Part shown: positions 35,992 to 45,053 of the stretch, in pieces
Numbering within the stretch: position 1 is the stretch's first letter
How the letters are laid out: each line of letters begins with the position of its first letter
Assembly: GCA_009602735.1 (NCBI GenBank)
Contig: WELA01002202.1
Location: forward strand, 169,328 to 222,154
Reading direction: 5' to 3'
DNA from: Mesotaenium endlicherianum
Lineage: Eukaryota
Length of the DNA: 52,827 nucleotides
Translations under genes and position numbers: made by a program
Notes under the pieces: model-generated
Seen by the model: only the letters and a program-made list of their open reading frames with translations
What the model was told of the DNA's origin: nothing
Database searches by the model: none

Positions 35992-38425
35992 CACTACTTC
36001 GCAAAAGTACGACATAATTATTCATAAAGCTACTTTGATTAAATATGAGATGATAACTTAATACATCACTGATTGATTAAGTTGATTTGATTGTCATTAT
36101 TTCGGATAATGCACAGTCACAAATTTAGCATTTACGACCAGTCATTAATACAAAGAAACAGTCGTAAAAGTCAAACGACACGTAATATGCAAAGCAACTT
36201 TGCATCCGAGCGGATTCGAACCCGCGACCTGTCGTTTGAAACGTTCACACCTAAGCAATTGGCGAAGTAGTTTTCATGACTACCAGTTCATGACGAAAGA
36301 AACTTTACTCGACTCCGCGAACAGTCGCGACTTTTCAAAAAGTCGTGTGAACGCGAAGACGCCCGTATGGCGTGAAATGGTTTTTCGGAAACCATCGAAA
36401 AGTCTCCAAACGGCCAAACGGCGCGTTTCGAGCATTCGGCCGAATGGGTCGTACCCCTTCGTCCGTATACGTTGAACATGAATCAGTGCCCTAGGTGGTG
36501 ACTCAAAGCACTCCAGTGCCTCATGTTGTGCAAGTATAAATACTTGCAAGAGTCATCGTGAGTGCAACTCTCACAAGCACACATTCTACGTTAGTTTTCA
36601 TTTCCGCTATTTCAAGTATTCGTCAATTCGCACAAGTATATAGATTTTCTTTCCACTTCACAAATATTCCTTGAATACCGAGGAAAGATCCCCTTGAAAA
36701 GCGTAAACGTTACAGTTTTGCAAACCACAATTTTTTCTTCGCCTTGCAAATCTAAATCAATTAGAGCAAAATTGAACGACTTTGCACTACTTTTTTGAGG
36801 GGAGCAAAGAATTCCTCCAATACCAATGTAACAATTCTATCTTTCGAGAGAATAGTGAGAAATCTTTTTTAAGCTTTTCAAAAAGGAGTTGTGCAAAAAT
36901 TGCAAAATTAGTGCTTATGAGAGTTGCACTCACAATGGCTCTCGCAGGAATTTACACCTATTCAATATGAGGCACTTGAGTGCTTCGAGTCACCACCTAG
37001 GGCACCGGTGATGTTATCGAAAACAGTCAAATGGATGTGACCCATTTGACCGAATGCTCGATATTGTGCCATGTGGCGGTTTTGAGGCTTTCGACGAATC
37101 GCGACGAATCGTAACAAATTGTTTCGCTCTGAATAAGCGTAGTTGCGTCCTTTGAATAGACGTGATTGTTCGTAGTCATGTCTTAGCTTCTTTCAAATAA
37201 ACGTGACTAATCGCGGTCATGTCTTCTCGATGATTTTGATAGACGTGATCGTTTGTCGTGACGTCTAAGTAGATCAACACACAACACCAAGTTTCTGAGA
37301 AAATTGCCCTCCAGGGCTTTCCCTTAACTTTAACAATGTCACAGCTTACAAAACTCTAACACTACAACATTTATGCCGGCCTGGTTTGAGCTCTTTGCCC
37401 AGAACCACGCCTTAACAGTTTCCACTGTTGGTTGGGCTCACTCGATTCCTCACTGAGGGCTTTTCTGGTTAATCTGACTCTTATTAACAACCATTCGACA
37501 ATCGAGACTTCTGAGAACTTGGAAACACCCACCATTTTATGTGCTCTTTGCACGTTTGCGTTGTCTACTTCAGATGTGCGCTAGACCTCCTAGCAGATTC
37601 TTTTCTGCAAGTTCTCTACTTCTTTCAAGCAAAATCCCTTCTTGGGAACTCCTGAATCCTAACTTTCTTTTGATACACCGAGAGAGAATCTCTTGAGCGT
37701 CGGCAGAAGCGTGGCTTCGTGGCTCTCCTGTGGCCTTGGGAACTCCTTCTCCTTCGCGCCCTTTCTTCTCTTCTCATTATGATCTTGTGCTCCCTCATGC
37801 TTCTTGGCAAAATGTGCGAGGCAAGAATGAGGCAAGTTTGTGCAAGGTTGGTGCCTTACCCAGGCACCACGCATGCTATCCTCTTTCAAGAATTCCAACT
37901 TTTAAGCACAGCGCTGAGCATGCATGCTGTCCTCGCGTTAGTCCCTCGTGACAACTTAATATGCATGCACGCCTCGTGATGGTCGCGCATGCACGCCTAA
38001 CCTTTCGATTAGCGTGCACGCCTATGTGGCCTTAGAACATATGCCGCCAGAGGCGACTGCTTACATCATAGCAGTCTCACCACAGGTCTATGGCAGAGGT
38101 GGCCTTTCCACGCAACCTCACCTGACTTAGCATTTGCCGGAAAGGCTGCTCAGTCAACAATGCCTTACTTGGTAGCTGTTGGTGTGGACCGTTTGCTGGT
38201 CCTAGCACGCTCAACTTTCCAGCAGACTTGACTTGTCAAACCCCACCCATTCCTGAGCGTTGATTTTGACTTACCAGCCACACTTTTGTGTGACTTTGAC
38301 TTCAACTCTTAATGCTTACTATGCAGAGGTTAGTCATTTGGTCGGTGACTCAACGTTGACTTTCCGTATGTGGGCGGCCGTGACTTGCGTCATGCGTGCG
38401 TCGCCGTCAATTTATAAAAGTAGTG
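35992..38425. mobile_element. Tandem unit 2; possible non-autonomous CACTA-like element
   Basis: Begins CACTACTT (35992) and ends AAGTAGTG (38425), an 8-bp perfect TIR with the CACTA signature. It contains internal inverted and short tandem repeats, but no 3-bp TSD and no transposase. Confidence 0.4.
36201..36272 (-). other. tRNA-derived / Pol III A-B-box-like module (non-functional as tRNA); more decayed copy at 33923-33994
   Basis: The - strand reads TCGCCAATTGCTTAGG...AGGTCGCGGGTTCGAATCCGC: a perfect B-box at tRNA spacing from an A-box-like motif, but with no acceptor stem. Confidence 0.5.
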
Positions 38426-39338
38426 GTAGATTTTGTAATGAACTCAATATGTGGTGGTAGTTTAGTACTTTTTTCTTTTATTACAAAGTTGTCGGGTACT
38501 TTGCCTCCATTTTAGATCTTTGGGGGGTAAAATCACGTTTTTCCCAAAAACCTTCGTGGAGGGGTCCCCCCAAACTGGAAGTTCGCGAATTGCAAGGCTC
38601 GTCGCGAAGACGAACAGCCCAGGTGCAGTGTTCCTGGACAGCGTTTCACAAGGTGTGATAATCTTGAACGGTGCCCGACAGTACCCGACAACCACCGACA
38701 ACGGCCTAAAAGAAGCCAAGCATCCGTGTGACTGAATGTAAACACCTCTTTGTGAGAGGGTACAACGACGTGTATACCTCTACTTTCAAGGTTATCCCAA
38801 TGGAGCCATTTGTCATTGTGCCCTTACCAGGACCTTACCAGTCTCTGACAGGGACTGAGTTTCGTACAGGCAAGAGACGGCAAGTGAACGCTTGACTTGG
38901 GTTGTGCTTCGTGGCTGATAGTGGCTGATAGTGATTGCGGATGGCTTACTAGTGCGAGGCATGCTTAGCATCCGGGAAGACGAGCGAACGGGACCGGTTC
39001 TTCGTTTCACAGCCTGCAGGCATGAGCTTAAGCGGGCTTGGACATGTGAGAGCCAGGTTAAGACCTTAACCCAGAATGCTCTGAGGCTAGCATCTAAACT
39101 GAGATAACAACGCAGTCACGGTGTAGTCAAGTATGCATGTGTTATGTGCATAAGCTGATGAATACCCGCATTCACACTGCGTGCTTCAGATTATCCCGAG
39201 AACAGCTAGGAGCACATTGTCTTATTTGACCTCGTGTCACATCCGCCCGGCTTCCTTGCTCATAGAAGCTTCCACTGTACTATATGCTCGGCAAATGGTG
39301 GTCCTTCAGCTGCCTCCTGCAACCAAGTCAGCAGTTTG

Positions 39339-42300
39339 TGTAGGTGACACCTAAGCTACATGCCAAAAGCAAACTTCCAAAGAATAGGTAACCCTGTCAA
39401 GAGCAAGAACATGGACGAGAAATCGGGCCAGAGGGCCCTCCGCCAATGCAAACAGTAAGCGATGAGGTATGTCCGGCAACTGATGGCTTCGTCGCCGAAG
39501 AAGCGGAAGCGTATAAGAAGTACCGCAGTGCAAGGCAACATGTACTGCACTTGAATCTTGTCTTGCGTAGCTTCAGGAAGTCACAGGCTCCATCAGAGGC
39601 GGAACATTGGCCTTTGTACTGCTCTCCCCAAGCAAGAGCCAGCGGAGAAGGAACTCTTCTTTAAGAGTTTCGTAAGCTGTGCAGTACTATGGCCGCCAGT
39701 ACGTCATCCTTGGCGTTTCTTGTCCTCCTGGTCTCTGCCCAGGTAATACACGGCAGCCCAAAGTGTAATCTGCATGCAAGTCGCAAGACATGCATGTGAG
39801 GACACCTGGGACTTTGCGTGAGTGATGCCTTTGATTGGGATGATATATCAGAAACTGGGTTGGCAGACTCCTACATGAGTGTTTCTTGTCAACGTCTAGT
39901 GAGTGTCTTGCTGTCAAGCTCTCTGATGCATCAGCTCGGTTGCGTATATCAAACTCGGAACTTGTAGTCTCAGGGCGAAGCTCCTCCTATTCGGAGTGTT
40001 GATCATATCCAGGGTGTACAGATGGTTGCTCTTTGTTAAGACAGCACTCGTCGCGTTTGAGCTCGCCATAAGTGGGAGCAAGTGAGGTGGTGCTTTCAAG
40101 CTGCACTAGAACAGCAAAGAGGCGGTCAAAAAGTATTGTGTTCGTGATCATGAGCTTGCCATCTTTTCCGTATATCAGTCGACCTTCACTGGTTGAAGGA
40201 CAGTTGCTCTCTGGAACAGCGTCGCAGTCGTCAAGCAGAGCGCAACATGCATGCTGCAGCATGCTGCGCTCAACACACGGGGCAAGGCCATGTGGCAGCT
40301 GAAGCCATTGCGCCAGTACGCGAATGCCAGTATCAACGCAACTGCCGTCCCGAAAGTGCTGAGCCTGGGGCGTGCGGAGAATGCCTAATTGCAGGTGGTG
40401 CTGGGCCTCATCCCGCGCAACACGGTGAAGGACGAGCTGATCTACATCTGGGCCGGAGACGACGACCACGTGCACCCCGACTTTCTGGCCGTGTACAACT
40501 TCAACCGCAGCTCCGCCGACTACGGCAAGCTCATCAAGCGGGTGCAACTCACGGGCGACTCCGCCCGCGGCAATGAGGTGGGCATCAGTCAGGCGGTGCC
40601 ATGTATACTTGCCCCCACTCTCTCCGATTCACTCTTTTTGCCAATGGAGTCAGCTTTCCGTCGCATGTCCATGTCGTGGCGTTTGTGTACATCATCCTGC
40701 GTTCACTGATTGAGTCCCACGTGTGCATACTCAACATGATCCTGTGCACTGATGGACTTGAGAGTTCTCCGGCAGCTGAAGGCGCATCATCCAGAGCTAA
40801 GCAATGCATGCAAAGCCTGACAGCCCTTGGTTCATGTTGCATGTGTGTGCCTGCAGCCCCACCACCTGACCTTCAGCACGGACTACACGCGCGTGGCGGG
40901 AGCGGGCATCCTGTCGTTCCTATACCCCTTTGCCTCCACCAAGCCGCTGCAGGAGCAGGTGTTCATCTTCGACACCACCAACCCTCGCGACCCCGTGCAG
41001 ATCGCAACGGCCAACCCCCTGCTGTCGGGTGCGGCGGACGAGCTCTACCCCGTGGCGGAGACCGGCGGCTTCCTCCTCAGCAGGTACTGCGCTCGCTGCC
41101 GCCGCCGCTGCCGCTGCTGCTTTCTGCTGCGTACCTTGCCCTCCCTAGCACTCCACGCCTGTCCCCCCCTTCCGTCCTTGCTCCTCCCATGACCTTGCTA
41201 TATGCAAGCTGCTCTTAACTGCAGTCTCTCACCCACTTCTTCCCAGCTTCCTTCCCGCTACCAATCCAGGTGCCTTGTGGAAGTCCGTCAGATGCTTTAG
41301 CGAGACCCATGCTTGCATCCAAGCGTCGTCACCTACGCATTGAGCCCCCCCTCGAAAGGCCCTTCCCTCACAGCCTGACCAACACGTACCGGGTGTCTTG
41401 TGACTCGCGAGCAGCCTGTCCACGCGCGCGGGCACGCCCATCGGGCGCATCACGGAGCTGGACCGCAATGGCAAAGTCCTCAAGGAGTACCCGGACCTGC
41501 CGCCCATCTCGCCGCTGTACCTGGGCGCGCTCAACGGCTACCTGGGCAGCTTCCTGGGCATCTTCGGGGGCCCCTTCACGCGGCCCGTCAACACCGCCAA
41601 CTTCCTGAAGCCCGAGGGCGTGGTGTCGCTGGGCACGCTCAACATCCACGGCATCGCCGTGCGCGAGGACCTGGACATCATGGTCACCACCGACTTCGTG
41701 GAGCCCGCCTCGCTGCTGTACGCCACGCAGACGGCCTACCAGGGCATCAACTACCAGCCCACGTACCGGCTGTGGAAGTACAGCACGCGCACCATCATCG
41801 ACACCTGGATCGTGGACGACAACGCCGGCAACCTGGTGGTGCACTACCTGCCGGGCGACGCGCGCGGCCGCTTCTACGGCACCGGCGTCAACTCCAACAA
41901 GATCTACCTGCTGGACCCCAACCTGGACGGATCGTGAGTCCCCTCCTCTTCCTGATTATCGCCCCCCATGTCTCTCACGTCGGGACTGCTTTGCCCTCGG
42001 CTCGTTGCCACCTGTCGCGTTGTAGCCCTGCTGGCACATGCATGGACACCCTCCAGCCCCTGACGTGTCCTCGCCCACAGCTGCCTGCTGCTCCTCACTA
42101 TAGTATGGTGCCCTGATGCTATGGTGTTGGCGGGGGTGCGTGCGAGGCCTCTCTTCTTCTCCCTGTCAGAGGGGACCGACCTCCTGTATTTCTACACAGG
42201 GGCCTGCCGTATGTGATGCTGACTTTGGCACACGCGCGGGGGTTGCAGGAAGCCCGGTGTCACGTGGACTGTGGCACTTGACCTGACTCTCGAGGGCCTC

Positions 42301-43863
42301 CCCAACGCCGACCCCCACTACTTTGTCCTCGGCGCCGACAAGCGGGTAGGTCTCGTCCCCTTGCCCTCCCGTTGTTACCGAATGCACTGTGAGGTCGCGG
42401 TGCTTGCATCTCCTGACTGGCCAGCTCCTGGACGTGCCTTCTTTCTCCTGGTCACATTAGCCGGTGTGTTTCCACTCACAGAGAAGCTGATGGTGGCATG
42501 GATTGCTCATCGAACGATTCCTTCTCTCCTGCAGACTGGATTTGTGACGCTGAATGCCATCGACCGCATCGTCTACTTCGACTACAGCACGCCCGAGGCC
42601 ATCAAGATCGTCAGCACCTACATGTGAGTGATTTGTTCATGTGAGGGTGGGACCCCATCTCCTGCGCTGAAGCACTACTTGGCGGTGTCTCCTGTCGTGT
42701 CTTTACTGCTGCATGCTGGCCCGTGCGCGCACTGCACAGCTGGCATCTGAAGGACCGTGTCGGCTTCCTGTTTGTCTATTGTACAAATCTCGTCTGGCCC
42801 TGACTTGTGCATCTCTCTCTATCTCTCTTTGTCTGTTTGTCCAGCCTGCCACCTGGCTCCAACCCCCACTACCTTGCACTGTACCCGGGAGGCCTTGGAG
42901 GCACCCAGTCCCCCCTGGACAACCGCTTTGTCCTCTTCAACTACTTCCTCGACTTCAAGAGGTACGCACGCATTCCCTGGCGCAGAGGTTATAATCCCCC
43001 CCATGTGTTTGTTGGGGAGCAAGAACCTTCTGGTCACTTTGGCTTCCTCCCTGTTGATGCTACACATCTCTTTATCCTTGGCAGTTTTGACTCAGTTACC
43101 CTTGCGTGGGTGACCAATTCAGCCATCGGTGTGTCAAAAGACAATATGCTGACTGTCGTGTCTTGCCGTGTGTGTGTTTGGCAGCTACGGCCTGTTCCAC
43201 CGTGGCGGCACCAAGACAGTGCAGGTGTTCCAGTGGAACGCCACTCACATCTACCCCGACCCCAAGTGGACCACCCTGGACTACAAGACGGCTTTCCCGG
43301 ACACCGGCGTTGCCAACCCCCACGCCAGCACTTACTACTACAACCCCTACTAAGGGTTCCCGAGTTTCTATCGCAGGGCTTCAAGAAGGAAGCAATTCGC
43401 ACTTCCTCACAAAGTGCGGGCAGGGATATATTTTTGCTATTAAGCTTTTACCATTTTTTAAAGGGCATTCATTGACAGGTCTTCTCTAGAGGGTAGTGGT
43501 GACTTAGGCCACTTTTTTAAGGATCTGTTCTGGACTTTCCTGATCAGGGGTTTGGGGTTATAGAAAACACGAGGGAGTGGGATCTAAGTATGGTGACTTC
43601 TGTTGCTGTCATACCAACATCTCAGGTCCTGTACATGCTGACAAGAGCTGGGCTTTCTTTCTGAGACTGCCTACTTCCCGTTGGCACTGACTGACTAGTA
43701 GAAATTGGTTTTTGTGGCGAGGTTGTTACCTTAGTCTAAGCTGATTATAAAGTGCTCTGTCTAGAGTCCTCTTTATTTTTACCTCTGGATTAGGACTACC
43801 TGGCAGATCTCCGAGGTTATAGTGATGGGCCCCAGATAGTCACCAATTGGGTAATAGTCTGAG
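39339..43863. repeat. Right arm of the 4,525-bp inverted repeat (partner 11575-16099)
   Basis: As for the left arm; the spacer is 16100-39338 (23,239 bp). Confidence 0.95.
39689..43353 (+). CDS. Secreted SBP56 / methanethiol-oxidase-like protein, copy 3 (484 aa, 8 coding exons)
   Basis: Exons 39689-39742, 40395-40577, 40857-41083, 41415-41933, 42249-42345, 42535-42623, 42845-42961 and 43185-43353. All are GT-AG with consistent phases, totalling 1455 nt. Signal-like MAASTSSLAFLVLLVSAQVVLG; sequons NRS and NAT; TATAAG at 39512. Confidence 0.85.
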
Positions 43864-45053
43864 GAAGAAGCACAGTATACATGATGTTACCCTCAGACTA
43901 CATTAAAAATAACTATTTATGGGACATCTTCGGCTTCTACCACGAATGCATGATCTGATCTGCCTTCCTTCATCTTACAATAACCAGAAATAATGCATTA
44001 TTATCTCAATGTATCTGTAACAGTAGTAACTGCTCTGAGCCATCTATAAGGACTGCAATTTGCATGTTCTGATTGCCCAACTTGACGATGCAGGCGGAAG
44101 CTTTCATGGAGTGTAAGATGCATGTGGATATGTATATACCATTCCTATGAAAGATACAACATGGTGTCGTGCATTGAAGTCTTTGATTGGAATCTTGATA
44201 CCCTTCACTCCCTTCCGGAGAAATTGGCGGTTTACTAAACACATTCCTTGGTCATTCCTGAAAATAGACTGGGGTGCAGTGGTAAATGAACGAGAGTGTG
44301 GGGCCACTGGTATTGAGTGTCTAGGGGCAGCATTGATGAGTAGTAACACTATTTCTCTGTTCATGATTAGTTGATCCTTCGTAACTAGGCATTTTTAGGA
44401 GAAGATAATTCAACACATGTGTACTTCATGACGCGTCCTCAATAAACCTTATTTTACATAAAGAAACCCGGACGAGTCTGGATGGGCACAGGATACTCAA
44501 AATGCATATTCAAGACTGAGCAACTTGAGTGAACTTTGAAGAATGTCTTGAAGGCCAACTTTTTATCTCGTTGCTAAACCCTGAAGGTTAGTCGTGCATG
44601 GCGCATTGTTTCAGCATGCAGACAGGTCTTCCGGAATCGTGAATTATAAGGCCAACTCGACAAACTATCCTGGACCAGCTTTAACATTTTGAACCACTTT
44701 GAACTAGCTCTTGTCGGAGTTGGCCGAGTTGGGTTTGGATTGACACGTCACACAACCTGGACACAACCAACCATATTGAGCGTTGAACGGGTCCACACGG
44801 TGTCGAAGGGTGTCAACACGTTGACCCGCTAAATTGTACTAGTTTGTGTCAGGTTGTATGAACCAGTATGAACGCGGTATGCGCTCACGACAGTGCGCGC
44901 AACACCCACGTACGTACCTCGTGCTCCGCATATCCATCCGGACTTCTGAAGCAAGGTGCATTGCACGCAACAGAGCATTTAGTGTGAATTGGTGAGAATG
45001 CTGATTTCAATTAGCTCCCAGTAATAAAATACGTCCTTCGTCGTAAGCTATAT

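Noticed and set aside
36201..36272. tRNA-Sec or opal suppressor (loop TTTCAAA gives anticodon UCA)
   Set aside because: No acceptor stem, poor anticodon stem, no long variable arm, and it lies in a duplicated repeat; treated as a tRNA-like remnant.
32700..38425. rDNA spacer or CRISPR-like array
   Set aside because: No rRNA sequence and no regularly spaced short identical repeats; the context is eukaryotic.
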